DNA from: an uncultured Gemmatimonadaceae bacterium
GTDB lineage: Bacteria > Gemmatimonadota > Gemmatimonadetes > Gemmatimonadales > Gemmatimonadaceae
DNA: 64,000 nucleotides
NCBI GenBank assembly: GCA_963790305.1
Contig: CAWBOC010000013.1
Location: 32,001 to 96,000 of the forward strand
Direction of reading: 5' to 3'
The position numbers and the translations under genes were made by a program. This document shows, in pieces, positions 54,099 to 64,000 of the stretch (its first letter is position 1; every line of letters begins with the position of its first letter). A model generated the notes under the pieces. That model had not been told where the DNA came from. It saw only the letters and a list, made by a program, of their open reading frames with translations, and made no database searches.

Positions 54099-54742
54099 TC
54101 GTCCGCACGCTGACGGTGGGACCGCTGGAGGAGAATGCGTACCTGGTCGTCGACGACACGACGCGTCGCGCCGTGCTCATCGATCCCGGCGACGAGCCGG
54201 ATCGCCTGCTCGAGGCGGTGCGGGATGACCGGGCCGACCTCGACGCCATCTGGCTCACGCACGCCCACATGGATCACGTCGGGGCCATCGCGGGGATCGT
54301 CCGACACACCCCGGTGCCGATCTACGTGCATCCGAGCGAGCGCCCCATTTATGACAGCGCTGCACAGCACGGACTGGTGTTCGGGCTGCGGGTAGAGCAA
54401 CCCCCGCCGCCCGATCGCGATCTGGCGGACGGTGACACACTGCACGTCGGGACGCTGTCGTTCTCGGTCATTCATGTTCCGGGGCACGCACCCGGGCACG
54501 TCGCGATTCATGGGAATGGCGTCGCTTTCGTGGGCGACTGCCTGTTCGCCGGATCGGTGGGGCGCACGGACCTGCCTCTCGCCAACGGGGCGCAGCTCGC
54601 GCGCTCCCTCGAGCGCATCTGCGCACTGCCTGACGACACAATTGCGTACCCCGGTCACGGTCCCGCGACCAGTATCGGGCGCGAGAAGCGAACGAATCCG
54701 TTCTTGACCGGCGCCGTTCGCCTCACAGGGTTCGACCGGTAG
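54095..54742 (+). CDS. MBL-fold metallohydrolase (glyoxalase II-like)
   Basis: THAHMDH, PGHAPG, GDCLF, PGHG. Confidence 0.9.
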   Translation: MIVRTLTVGPLEENAYLVVDDTTRRAVLIDPGDEPDRLLEAVRDDRADLDAIWLTHAHMDHVGAIAGIVRHTPVPIYVHPSERPIYDSAAQHGLVFGLRVEQPPPPDRDLADGDTLHVGTLSFSVIHVPGHAPGHVAIHGNGVAFVGDCLFAGSVGRTDLPLANGAQLARSLERICALPDDTIAYPGHGPATSIGREKRTNPFLTGAVRLTGFDR

Positions 54743-54862
54743 AGCGGACGAGCTGAACGCCTGAAAACTGTGCTCCCGGCCGTTGTCTGTACGCTGTCCA
54801 TCAGTACACATTGCATTGAGCGCCACGCGACGTGGTGCGCGACGTCTCTCTCTGGAGCCACC

Positions 54863-55650
54863 ATGCGCCGCCACCTTTGCCTGTCCGCCCTCCTGCCCCT
54901 CGGGTTGGCGGCCTGCCTGGATCCCGACCCCGTTCCGGAGTCCAACTACGGCATCATCGGCCTGACGACCGTCGTCACGCCGGTCGATACCCTGCTTTCG
55001 CCTGAAGCGCAGTTTTACCGCACAGGGCTGCTGGGCCTGCCGACGAGCCGCGTCAGCTCCGACCAGTGTCAGATCGCGGCATACCCGACACCCTCGCAAG
55101 GCACCCAGCTTCCGCGGTTCCTGGACGCGGGAGACAGCGTTGCCGTATCGACCGCCACGACTACGAAATTCCTGTTCCCGAGCACCGGCGCCAATGGCGA
55201 ATCCTACGTGCTGGGACAGACGGACGAATTTGCATTCCAGCCCGGTGAACGGGTCACCATTACCGTGCCCGGCGCGCCCGGTGGATTCACGAACGGAACG
55301 ATCGACGTCGTCACGGCGCACGCATTCACCTTGGGGCCGATCGCCGCGTCCCCGCCGCCCGACTCTTCCCTCAAGCTGACGTGGGCGCCGCGTGGCGACG
55401 ACAGCACCAAGATGCTCATCTCCATCCAGTACGCCGTGCCCCCCAGCTTCAGGCGAACCAGCAGATCTTCTGCTCCCTCCTCGACGATGGGGCCGCCGAG
55501 ATTCCGTCGATCCTCCTCACCCAGTACCGGACGGCGTCGGTCGGCTCGAGGTCGTTCGAGGCAGCCCGCTGGCGCGTATCGGCCAGGGAGGTCACTGGCG
55601 GCGTGCTTCTGGTGATTTCGGCGTTCGAAGTCGAGGACACCATCGACTGA
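54863..55650 (+). CDS. Hypothetical lipoprotein; -1 frameshift near 55445
   Basis: GGAG then ATG 54863; lipobox GLAAC; C-terminus (QIFCSLLDDG..EDTID) in ORF 55381..55650. Confidence 0.6.
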
Positions 55651-55684
55651 GCCCCGCTCCACGACTGTTCTTTCTTCGCGACCC

Positions 55685-57112
55685 ATGACATCCGCGACGC
55701 GCACCGAGAAGGATCCGTTAGGCACGAAGGAGGTTCCCGCCGGCGCGCTCTACGGCGTGCAGACGTTGCGCGCCGCCGAGAATTTTCCGATCAGCGGGCT
55801 GCGCTCGCTGCCCGCGTTCGTGCTGGCGACGGTGTGGATCAAGAAGGCGGCGGCGCTGACGCACAAGGAGACGGGGCGGCTCGAGGGTCGCCTCGCCGAC
55901 GCGATCGTCCGGGCGGCTGACGAGGTCGTCGCGGGCGAGCATCGCGATCAGTTCGTCGTCGACGTGTTCCAGGCCGGTGCGGGCACGTCGCACAACATGA
56001 ACGTCAACGAGGTGCTGGCGAATCGCGCGAACGAGCTCCTGGGCGCCAAGCGCGGGGCGTACGCGCCGGTGCATCCGAACGATCACGTCAACATGGCGCA
56101 GTCGACGAACGACGTCATTCCGACCGCCATCCGTCTTGCGTGCCTCGCGCAGCTGCAGCCACTCGCCGACGCGTTCACGGCGATGAGTGGCGCGCTGCGA
56201 AAAAAGGGTGAGGAGTTCGACGACGTGGTGAAGTCGGGGCGCACCCACCTGCAGGATGCGATGCCCATCCGCCTGGGGCAGGAGTTTCATGCGTACGCCG
56301 GCTCGATCGAGCGCGGGCTGCGCCGGGTGACGGAGGCTGCCGACTATCTCCGCGATCTGGGGATTGGCGGCAGCGCCGTGGGCACTGGCGTGAACGTCGA
56401 GCCCGAGTACCCGGAGAAGATGGTGAAGCACCTGCGCGCGATGACACGGCTCGATCTCCGGGTCGGAAAGGACCGCGTGCAGCTCATGCAGAGCATGGGC
56501 GACGCCGCCGGCTTCAGCGCGCAGCTCCGCGTGCTCGCGCTCGATGTGAGCAAGATCGCCAGCGATCTGCGGCTGATGGCGAGTGGGCCGCGGACCGGCC
56601 TCGACGAGATTCGGCTGCCGGCCGTGCAGCCCGGCTCCTCGATCATGCCCGGGAAGATCAATCCGTCGATCCCGGAGATGGTGAACCAGGTTTGCTTCCA
56701 GGTCGTCGGCAACGACGCGTGCGTCGCGGTGTCGGCGGAGCATGGACAGCTCGAGCTCAACGTGATGATGCCGGTGATCGCGTACAACGTGCTGCTGTCG
56801 ATGCAGATCCTTACCACGTCGTGCACCGTCTTCACCGATCGATGCATCGTCGGGATCGAAGCGAACGAAGCAATGGCCGCGTACTGGCTCGAGCGCTCCG
56901 CGGCACTGGCGACGGCGCTCGCGCCCCAGATCGGGTATGCCGCGGCCGCTGAGCTGAGCAAGCGGTCGGTCAAGGAGAACGTGCTGATTCGGGAGCTGGT
57001 GACGCGCGAGCGGGTTCTTCCCGCCGATCAGATCGACGAAGTGCTCGACCTGCGAAAAATGACCGAAATCGGCGTTCCAGGCGGCAAGCACGGCGCTGTC
57101 GCGGCCGGCTAG
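55685..57112 (+). CDS. aspA: Aspartate ammonia-lyase (fumarase/aspartase family)
   Basis: QAGAGTSHNMNVNE, HPNDHVN, GRTHLQDA, GSSIMPGKINP. Confidence 0.85.
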   Translation: MTSATRTEKDPLGTKEVPAGALYGVQTLRAAENFPISGLRSLPAFVLATVWIKKAAALTHKETGRLEGRLADAIVRAADEVVAGEHRDQFVVDVFQAGAGTSHNMNVNEVLANRANELLGAKRGAYAPVHPNDHVNMAQSTNDVIPTAIRLACLAQLQPLADAFTAMSGALRKKGEEFDDVVKSGRTHLQDAMPIRLGQEFHAYAGSIERGLRRVTEAADYLRDLGIGGSAVGTGVNVEPEYPEKMVKHLRAMTRLDLRVGKDRVQLMQSMGDAAGFSAQLRVLALDVSKIASDLRLMASGPRTGLDEIRLPAVQPGSSIMPGKINPSIPEMVNQVCFQVVGNDACVAVSAEHGQLELNVMMPVIAYNVLLSMQILTTSCTVFTDRCIVGIEANEAMAAYWLERSAALATALAPQIGYAAAAELSKRSVKENVLIRELVTRERVLPADQIDEVLDLRKMTEIGVPGGKHGAVAAG

Positions 57113-57150
57113 CCTTGTTCCTCTCGCCAAGCGCTACCTATCGTGAAGAC

Positions 57151-57607
57151 GTGCGGATAACGACCTGGGCCGAGTACGGCGTGATCTGCGCTTTGCATCT
57201 CGCGAAGCGGGCGGAGCAGGGGCCGGTCACGGGTCGCGACATCGCCGAGCGCGAGCGCCTGCCCACCGATTACGTCGAGCAGATCCTGCTCCGTCTCCGA
57301 CGAGCCGACCTCGTGTCCAGCGTGCGAGGCGCGCGCGGCGGATATCGGTTGGCACGCCATCCCGTCGGAGATCTCCATCCGCGATGTCATTCACGCATCG
57401 GAGCTCACCACCTTCGACCTCCACTGCGTGTCGCATCCGGTCGACGAGGAGCGCTGCGCCGCGTCGCACGAGTGTAGCATTCGGCCGGTGTGGCTCATGC
57501 TCCAGCGGCGCATCGATGATGTGCTCGAGAGCGTGAGCCTCGCGGATTTGCTTCACGACGAGCCGACGGTGCGGCAGCGCGTCGGCCTTCCGGTGCTGCA
57601 GGCCTGA
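57151..57607 (+). CDS. Rrf2-family regulator, IscR-like with three Cys; +1 frameshift near 57362
   Basis: MRITTWAEYG, YVEQIL, SVRGARGGY; after the shift LHCVSHPVDEERCAASHECSIRPVW to TGA 57607. Confidence 0.85.
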
Positions 57608-57700
57608 GGAGTGCGCATGCGGCATTCGGCCACCGATCGCGTCGCGTGCTGAGGGAATGGCGGGCGAATAGAGCGCTTCGGCGCGCGCGCGGCGGCATAC

Positions 57701-58192
57701 GTGGCGAAGCTCTTTGCCGAGCCCCCCGAATCCGATGTGCAGTGGCTGACTGCCAATGGCACCCACGGCGACGTCGATCACGCGCGATGGGAGCTTCGCT
57801 ACGCGCGGCGCGCGCTCGGCCTCCTCACCGCGCAGCGAGATGCGCTCGATGATCGCACGGGTTCGGCGGTCGCTGCGGCCCTCGGTCGAGCGCTCGCCGG
57901 CGACGCGGCAATCGCGCCCGGGCGACTGCGCATCGCTGAGCGCCAGTTGAACGCCCGGCTGCGCGCGTACGGGGATGCACTCGTCAGGCGGGAAGGAGCC
58001 GGAACGGGCTGGCATCTTGGACGCGCCCTGCTGGATTTCGCCGGACGAAAGGAGGGAAGTCCGCCCGAGGTTGTCGCCAAGGCCGGCGACCTCCTCGCGC
58101 ACTATCTTGCGGAATCGAACGAGGCGCTGCGTGAGCACTTCGGCGCGCCCCGGCTCGCGGAGGGCGTCCCCGCAAACGCGACTGGCTACTGA
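57701..58192 (+). CDS. Hypothetical protein
   Basis: 163-aa helical-looking ORF filling the gap; no recognised motif. Confidence 0.55.
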   Translation: MAKLFAEPPESDVQWLTANGTHGDVDHARWELRYARRALGLLTAQRDALDDRTGSAVAAALGRALAGDAAIAPGRLRIAERQLNARLRAYGDALVRREGAGTGWHLGRALLDFAGRKEGSPPEVVAKAGDLLAHYLAESNEALREHFGAPRLAEGVPANATGY

Positions 58193-58225
58193 CGCCGCAC
58201 GCGGCGAACAGTAGCCAGAAATCGC

Positions 58226-58310
<85 letters not shown>

Positions 58311-58320
58311 GCGAGTGAGA

Positions 58321-58349
58321 AAGCTAGCCCGCGACGGGAGGCGAGTCAA
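58321..58349 (-). promoter_or_regulatory. Sigma70 promoter of tRNA-Leu
   Basis: TTGACT-N17-TAGCTT on the minus strand, 10 nt upstream of the tRNA. Confidence 0.65.
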
Positions 58350-58441
58350 CGCGAATGCCGCCGTTGCCCGAGTGGATGGAGCGCGTCTAAGTTCTTGTGC
58401 GCGTTGCTCGTTGACGATTGCGTCCCGCCGTTAGCATTGGC

Positions 58442-58915
58442 ATGCCCAAGCCCGCCGACAAACCTCCGACCACGAGCGTCGCCAGGAACAAACGAGCGCG
58501 ACACGACTACCACATCCTCGAGACGTGGGAGGCCGGCGTCGTGCTGAGCGGTACGGAAGTGAAGTCGCTCCGGCAGGGCAAGGCCAACCTCACCGATGCG
58601 TACGCGACCGTCAGGGATGGCGAGGTGTTCTTGCTGAATTTGCACATTTCCCCGTACGAGCAGGGCAATCAGTTCAATCATGAGCCCACGCGTACGCGCA
58701 AGCTGCTCCTCCATCGGAAGGAGATTCGGCGGCTGATTGGCGGTGTCGAGCGCCAGGGCCTGACCCTGGTGCCACTCGAGCTGTTCTTCAATCCGCGCGG
58801 AAAGGCCAAGGTGACCATCGCCCTCGCCAAAGGAAAAAAGCAGCACGACAAGCGCGCCGATGAACGGCGGCGCGAGGACGAGCGGGACATGGCCCGCGCG
58901 GCGAGGGTCCGATGA
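58442..58915 (+). CDS. smpB: SsrA-binding protein
   Basis: [36 protein letters not shown]. Confidence 0.95.
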   Translation: MPKPADKPPTTSVARNKRARHDYHILETWEAGVVLSGTEVKSLRQGKANLTDAYATVRDGEVFLLNLHISPYEQGNQFNHEPTRTRKLLLHRKEIRRLIGGVERQGLTLVPLELFFNPRGKAKVTIALAKGKKQHDKRADERRREDERDMARAARVR

Positions 58916-60075
58916 TCATCGAAGTCCTGCTCGGCCTTCAGATCGGCGCGGTGCCACCGTCGGTTGTGTCGGCGCGGTCGGGAACGGTGGAATCCGTCGT
59001 GCCGCTGGTGGAGACATCCACCGGACGCGTGCTGCGACTCGATCGGCTCGCGCCTGCGCTGCCCGTCACCATCAAGGACGACGGACCAGGCCGCTTCATC
59101 GTGTCCGTGTTCGATGTGGCGATCTCGCTGTCCGACCAGGTGCCGTACGCGCGCGTGGGTACTTCCCTGATCCCGCTTGGCGGCGCGCCGCTGATGGATC
59201 GCGGGGCTTTGCTCGTTCCGCTTCAGCTCGTCGCCGAGATTCTTCCCCGTCTCGCGCCGAACCGTCTCAGCTACGATCCTGTACGCAGCGAGCTTCGCGT
59301 CTCGCGTGGCGCGAACGTCGCCGCAGCAACGCCCACGACGCGGCCGCGGACCAAACGCCGCGTGGTCGTCGATGCCGGACATGGTGGGCCGGACAACGGA
59401 ATGACGGGTCCGATCGGGAGCCGTCAAAAAATTCGCGAGAAGGACATCACCCTCGCCGTCTCGCACGAGCTTGCGAAGGTACTCCGCCGTCAGGGCGTGG
59501 AGGTCGTCATGACGCGTACGACCGACACGCTCATCGGGTTGTACGATCGCGGGCCCATCGCCAACGAGCGCGGCGGCGATCTCTTTCTCTCGATTCACGT
59601 CAACGCCGCGAACCTTCGCTGGCGTCGGCCGGGTGATGCGCGTGGCTACGAGACCTATTTCCTCGCCGAGGCGAAGACGGAAGACGAGCGCCGCGTCGAG
59701 CGGATGGAGAACGAAGCGATTCGGTTCGAGACCGCGGCGCAGGCACCGAAGAATGATCCGTTGAGCTTCATCATTCACGACATGGCGCAGAACGAGCACC
59801 TCCGGGAATCACAGGAGCTCGCCGCCGCGGTTCAGGCCGGGCTTGGACGCGTCCATCCCGGCCCGTCACGCGGAGTGAAGCAAGCGGGCTTCGTCGTCCT
59901 GACGACCGCGTTCATGCCGGCGGTGCTGGTGGAGATCGGGTTCGGGACCAATGTGGCCGAGGCGCGATACCTCGCGACCCCGGAGCGCCAGCGTGAGATC
60001 GCCGATGCCATTGCCACCGCGACCATGGCGTACCTGGAAGGATACGAACGGCGGCTCGGCTCCGCCGGTCGATGA
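58912..60075 (+). CDS. N-acetylmuramoyl-L-alanine amidase (Amidase_3)
   Basis: [27 protein letters not shown]. Confidence 0.9.
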   Translation: MIIEVLLGLQIGAVPPSVVSARSGTVESVVPLVETSTGRVLRLDRLAPALPVTIKDDGPGRFIVSVFDVAISLSDQVPYARVGTSLIPLGGAPLMDRGALLVPLQLVAEILPRLAPNRLSYDPVRSELRVSRGANVAAATPTTRPRTKRRVVVDAGHGGPDNGMTGPIGSRQKIREKDITLAVSHELAKVLRRQGVEVVMTRTTDTLIGLYDRGPIANERGGDLFLSIHVNAANLRWRRPGDARGYETYFLAEAKTEDERRVERMENEAIRFETAAQAPKNDPLSFIIHDMAQNEHLRESQELAAAVQAGLGRVHPGPSRGVKQAGFVVLTTAFMPAVLVEIGFGTNVAEARYLATPERQREIADAIATATMAYLEGYERRLGSAGR

Positions 60076-61419
60076 GGCGTCCGCTCGGGCTGCTCCTCGT
60101 TCTCGGCGCGAGTGCCTGCGCGTACTACAACGGCTTGTACAACGCTCGTGGACTCGTGAGGCGCGCCGAATCTGCGTCACGCGAGGGAAGGGATTCGGCG
60201 GCGATTGCGGCCTGGCGCGATGCAGCGGCGAAGGCGGACACCGTCATTGCGCGCTACCCGCGAAGCCGGTGGACGGACGATGCCCTGCTCGTGAGCGGCA
60301 CGTCCGCCGCGTTCTCCGGCGCCTGCGAGCATGGCCTCGAGCGAATCGGCCAATGGGAACGCCATCCTGCCGCGGATCCCAAGCAGCGGGCGCGCGCGAG
60401 CATTGCTCGCGGCGCGTGCCTCGTCAGGTTTGGCGATGTATGCCGACGCTCTCGACACGTTGGCCCCCTTCACGACGTCCCGCGAGGAGACACTTGCACG
60501 CATCGCCTCCGCGTGGGCTGCCCGTGCCGCGCTTGCGCAGAGCCAATTCGACAGCGTCGTCGCCTTCGCCGGCAAGGCAGGCTCGGACGCGCTCGACGCC
60601 GAGCTCGCCATGTCTGCGCTGCAATCCGGTCGCCCGGCTGTGGCCGCTCGCGTCCTGCGACAACGTGCATCCGCGTGGCGATCGCTATCGCTGCTCCACG
60701 CCCCACTCCAACTCCTGGCCCAGTCCAATCGCACGCTGGCCGACAGCATCGTACGCCTCACGCAGGATGGTCGTGCCTCTCGCCTCGAGCGCGCGCGCCT
60801 TCTGGTCGCTGCCGGCTCATGGTCTGAGATGAGTGGTGACGTAAGTGCTGCCCGTGCTCATTACGATCGCGCGCTCCGCATGAGCTCGGACACGGCCCTG
60901 GTAACCGAGGTGGTGACGCGTGCCGGCCTCCTCGAGATTCGAAGCGCGGCAACGCTCGAGGAAGCCGAGGCGCGGATCGATCACGCGAAGGCGAAGGCCA
61001 TCGACGCCAACCGACTGGCTGGTGTCGATTCCGCGCTGCGCCTCGCCGCCCGACTCGCGAAGACTCCCGACAGCAGCGGGGCGTCCGCCTTTCTTGCTGC
61101 GGAAGTGGCGCGCAATGGTGTCGGCGCGGTTCGCCTGGCACGCGCACTGTTTCTGAGGGCAGCGCGCGAGCATCCCCGATCATCATTAGCGCCCAGGGCA
61201 TGGCTTGCGGCGGCCAACGTGACTCCCGATTCCGCACGAGCGTGGCAAGCGACGGTGCTGAAGACATACGGCACCTCCCCGTACGCCCATGCGCTCACTG
61301 GAACGCCGGTATCATCGACCGCGCTCGACGCCGATGAGCGACTCCTTCAGCAAACCTGGACACGTGCGACGGCGGCCAGAGACTCGGCGAGCCTCGCGGC
61401 GGAGCGGCGCCTTCCATGA
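60072..61419 (+). CDS. TPR-like hypothetical lipoprotein; +1 frameshift near 60430
   Basis: Lipobox GASAC-AYYN; YPRSRWTDDAL; HPRSSLAPRA; ORFs 60072..60827 and 60331..61419. Confidence 0.65.
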
Positions 61420-62357
61420 GGAACGCGCCCGCAGAGGGTCCGCTCGCGATCGATGCCGCCGGGCTCAGGTTTCAGAACCCCGTGCTGCTCGCGGCCGGAA
61501 CCGCCGCCTACGGTCGCGAGCTGCACGACGTCGTGGAGCTCGACCGCCTCGGCGGGCTGGTCACGAAGGCGGTTAGTCCACGTCCGCGCGAAGGCGCACC
61601 TCCTCCACGCGTTGCCGAATTCTCCGGCGGGATGATCAACGCAATCGGTCTCGCCAATCCGGGGATGACAGTGGTGCGAGACAGCGAGCTCCCGTGGCTC
61701 GCCTCACACATCGATCGCGCTCGCGTTCTCGTCAACGTCGTGGGCGACGTGCCGGAAGACTTCGCGACCGTTGTCGCTCACCTGGACGATTCGGTCGGCC
61801 TGGACGGCTTCGAGCTCAACGTGAGCTGTCCGAACGTCAAAGCCGGCGGAATGGAGTTCGGGGCGGACCCCGACACGCTGCGGGACGTTGTCGCGCGTGC
61901 TCGTGAGGCAACGCGGCGCCCGGTGTTCGTGAAGCTCTCACCCACGTTGATCGACATTGCGCGCACCGCGTCTGTTGCGGTCGACGCCGGTGCCGACGGA
62001 ATCACCGTCGTGAATACGATTCCGGGGCTCATGGTTGACCTCGAGAGGCGGCGTCCGGCTTTGGGCTTTGGGACCGGAGGCGTGAGTGGCGTGTCATTGT
62101 TGCCGGTCGGCGTCCTCGCCACATGGCGTGTCGCTCGGGCAGTGAAGGTTCCCATTATTGGCGTCGGCGGCATAACGAGCGCCGACGACGCCCTCCAGTA
62201 CCTCGTCGCCGGCGCATCGCTGATCGCGCTGGGAACGGCGTCGATGCGCGATCCGCGGACCGCTGAGCGCGTAGTTACCGGACTCGGGCAGTGGTGCGCG
62301 CAGCAGGGCGTGCGCTCCATTCGAGACGTGATCGGGACTCTGGAATGGAAGCAATGA
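61416..62357 (+). CDS. pyrD: Dihydroorotate dehydrogenase, class 1 catalytic subunit
   Basis: NPVLLAAG, NAIGLANPG, ELNVSCPN, VKLSP, GGVSG. Confidence 0.92.
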   Translation: MRNAPAEGPLAIDAAGLRFQNPVLLAAGTAAYGRELHDVVELDRLGGLVTKAVSPRPREGAPPPRVAEFSGGMINAIGLANPGMTVVRDSELPWLASHIDRARVLVNVVGDVPEDFATVVAHLDDSVGLDGFELNVSCPNVKAGGMEFGADPDTLRDVVARAREATRRPVFVKLSPTLIDIARTASVAVDAGADGITVVNTIPGLMVDLERRRPALGFGTGGVSGVSLLPVGVLATWRVARAVKVPIIGVGGITSADDALQYLVAGASLIALGTASMRDPRTAERVVTGLGQWCAQQGVRSIRDVIGTLEWKQ

Positions 62358-63052
62358 CGCGGGCGCGCCGCGCCCGCGCCATTGTCGCGCTCGACACGCC
62401 CGGGTTCGCAGAGGCGGCCGCCATCGTCGACGTCCTTGGAGACAGCTGCGATTTCTTCAAGGTCGGGAGCGAGCTTTTTACGGCCGCAGGACCGGAGGCC
62501 GTCAGGGCGCTTCGAGAGCGCGAGCTCGAGGTCTTTCTCGACCTCAAGTTCCACGATATTCCGAACACGACGCGCGGAGCGGTGCGGAGCGCGGCGGGAC
62601 ATGGCGCCACGCTCGTCACCGTCCACGCGTCCGGCGGTCGTGACATGCTATCGGCGGCAGTGGAGGGGGCGGGGGACCGATGCCGCGTTCTCGCGGTAAC
62701 CGTTCTGACGTCGCTCGATGCCAAAGGTCTTGGTCACGCGTGGGGACGAAACGTCAGCTCGGTCCTCGACGAGGTCCTCCGCCTCGCGGATCTGGCACGC
62801 TCAGCTGGCGCGCACGGTGTGGTCTGCTCGGCGATGGAGGCCTCGGCGGTGCGCGCGGCGCATGGTGATGCACTCGACGTGCTCGTCCCCGGGATCCGCC
62901 TCGAAGGTGGGTCTGCACATGACCAGGCCCGTGTGGCTACCCCCGCCGAGGCCGTTGCTGCCGGGGCCAACTATCTCGTGTTGGGTCGGGCAGTCACCGG
63001 CGCCGTAGATCCCCGCGCCGCAATGCGCCAGGTCAGGGAATCTCTTCGGTGA
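62354..63052 (+). CDS. pyrF: Orotidine-5'-phosphate decarboxylase
   Basis: IVALD, FLDLKFHDIPNT, VTVLTS, PGIR. Confidence 0.95.
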   Translation: MTRARRARAIVALDTPGFAEAAAIVDVLGDSCDFFKVGSELFTAAGPEAVRALRERELEVFLDLKFHDIPNTTRGAVRSAAGHGATLVTVHASGGRDMLSAAVEGAGDRCRVLAVTVLTSLDAKGLGHAWGRNVSSVLDEVLRLADLARSAGAHGVVCSAMEASAVRAAHGDALDVLVPGIRLEGGSAHDQARVATPAEAVAAGANYLVLGRAVTGAVDPRAAMRQVRESLR

Positions 63053-63453
63053 GAATGCTCGTGATAGCTGGATTCGCCCTCGCGCTGTCGGCGGACCCGC
63101 AGGCCGCGATCGCTCGCCTGCGGGAGTCGTGGTCGCGTCAGGACGCCGCCGGCGTCGTGGCTGGCGTCACCCGTCTTGTGGTTCAGCTTCCGGGACAAGC
63201 GGCTACGGCGCCCCTCTCCGCGGAGCAGGCGGCGCGCGCACTCGACCGCCTGTTCCGTGACGCCACGGAGGTCGGCCTCGACGTCGATGCCGTCAGGACG
63301 ATCGGAGGCGAGGCGGTCTACGCGGAAATGCGGCGGCGGTTCCGCGTTCGCGGATCCGAGGACACGGCGGTGCAGCGCGTGTTCGCTGCGTTCCGGCTCG
63401 AAGGGGGCGAATGGCGCCTCGCGGAGCTTCGGATCGGTGTCGCGGGACAGTGA
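63049..63453 (+). CDS. Hypothetical secreted protein (NTF2-like fold, tentative)
   Basis: Signal-like N-terminus; WRLAELR end; start overlaps the pyrF stop. Confidence 0.6.
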   Translation: MRMLVIAGFALALSADPQAAIARLRESWSRQDAAGVVAGVTRLVVQLPGQAATAPLSAEQAARALDRLFRDATEVGLDVDAVRTIGGEAVYAEMRRRFRVRGSEDTAVQRVFAAFRLEGGEWRLAELRIGVAGQ

Positions 63454-63471
63454 GCGAACGGGCGCTCTCAC

Positions 63472-63500
63472 TTGCGTCAAGCTGCTGCGCTGGCTATGCT
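63472..63500 (+). promoter_or_regulatory. Sigma70 promoter upstream of rpmJ-rpsM
   Basis: TTGCGT-N17-TATGCT. Confidence 0.55.
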
Positions 63501-63542
63501 TAGAGTCTTGACCGCAATTTTTCCGTTACGAGTGGAGTGTCC

Positions 63543-63659
63543 GTGAAAGTCCGCAGCAGCGTCAAGCCGATCTGCGAGCACTGCAAGGTGATCAAGCGGA
63601 ACGGCGTCATTCGCATCATCTGCAAGCGCAACCCCAAGCACAAGCAGCGGCAGGGCTAA
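63543..63659 (+). CDS. rpmJ: 50S ribosomal protein L36 (zinc-ribbon form); not in the ORF track
   Basis: [45 protein letters not shown]. Confidence 0.97.
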   Translation: MKVRSSVKPICEHCKVIKRNGVIRIICKRNPKHKQRQG

Positions 63660-63663
63660 TCAT

Positions 63664-64000
63664 ATGGCACGAATCGCTGGTGTCGACCTGCCGCGCGAGA
63701 AGCGCGTGGAAGTTGGGCTGCAGTACATCTACGGGATTGGGAAGACCGTCTCGCGTCGCATCCTGACGGAAACGGGCGTCAGCCCCGATACGCGCGTGAA
63801 GGACCTGTCCGACGCCGACGTCAATCGGCTGCGTCAGGTCATCGAGCGTGACTATCGCGTCGAGGGCGCGCTCCGGACGGAAGTCGCCATGAACATCAAG
63901 CGCTTGATGGATATCGGTTCGTATCGTGGCGCGAGACATCGCCGCGGGCTGCCGGTTCGCGGACAGCGCACTCATACGAACGCGCGCACCAAGAAGGGAC
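63664..64000 (+). CDS. rpsM: 30S ribosomal protein S13, truncated by the window end
   Basis: [42 protein letters not shown]. Confidence 0.97.
   Translation, partial: MARIAGVDLPREKRVEVGLQYIYGIGKTVSRRILTETGVSPDTRVKDLSDADVNRLRQVIERDYRVEGALRTEVAMNIKRLMDIGSYRGARHRRGLPVRGQRTHTNARTKKG

Noticed and set aside
55718..57130. Long antisense ORFs (here and at 36260..37900, 19636..20877, 27482..28735)
   Set aside because: Shadow frames of real high-GC genes, with no recognisable motifs.

Overview
GC-rich, gene-dense bacterial core-genome window. Gene content and style suggest Gemmatimonadota, which is inference only. In order it holds: an aminotransferase plus two amidohydrolase-fold genes; an alternative complex III operon (actABCDEF) behind a perfect Rex operator; trxC; tRNA-Ala(UGC); a divergent HisKA_2 kinase / REC-ANTAR pair; a Cys peroxiredoxin; a GH63-like hydrolase; two two-component pairs; tonB-exbB-exbD-exbD-tonB; two APC permeases around a K+-independent H+-PPase; a DAACS symporter; a transhydrogenase lacking domain I; an amino-sugar/peptidoglycan recycling locus; ino1; an E3-less 2-oxoacid dehydrogenase gene run; aspA; an IscR-like regulator; tRNA-Leu(CAG); smpB; an amidase; pyrD-pyrF; and the start of rpmJ-rpsM. 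No mobile element, prophage or CRISPR is seen. The best signals missed by the ORF track are: (1) a BCP/PrxQ peroxiredoxin with an in-frame TGA at the peroxidatic Cys position followed by a SECIS-like hairpin (likely selenoprotein), in a gene run with E1/E2 and trxB; (2) a family of 7-mer and 9-mer tandem-repeat palindromes, two of them translated inside actE and nagB with identical 11-bp ends; (3) the Rex box on ACIII, whose ActB keeps an extra Fe-S motif. About 14 single-base frameshifts are most likely sequencing errors.
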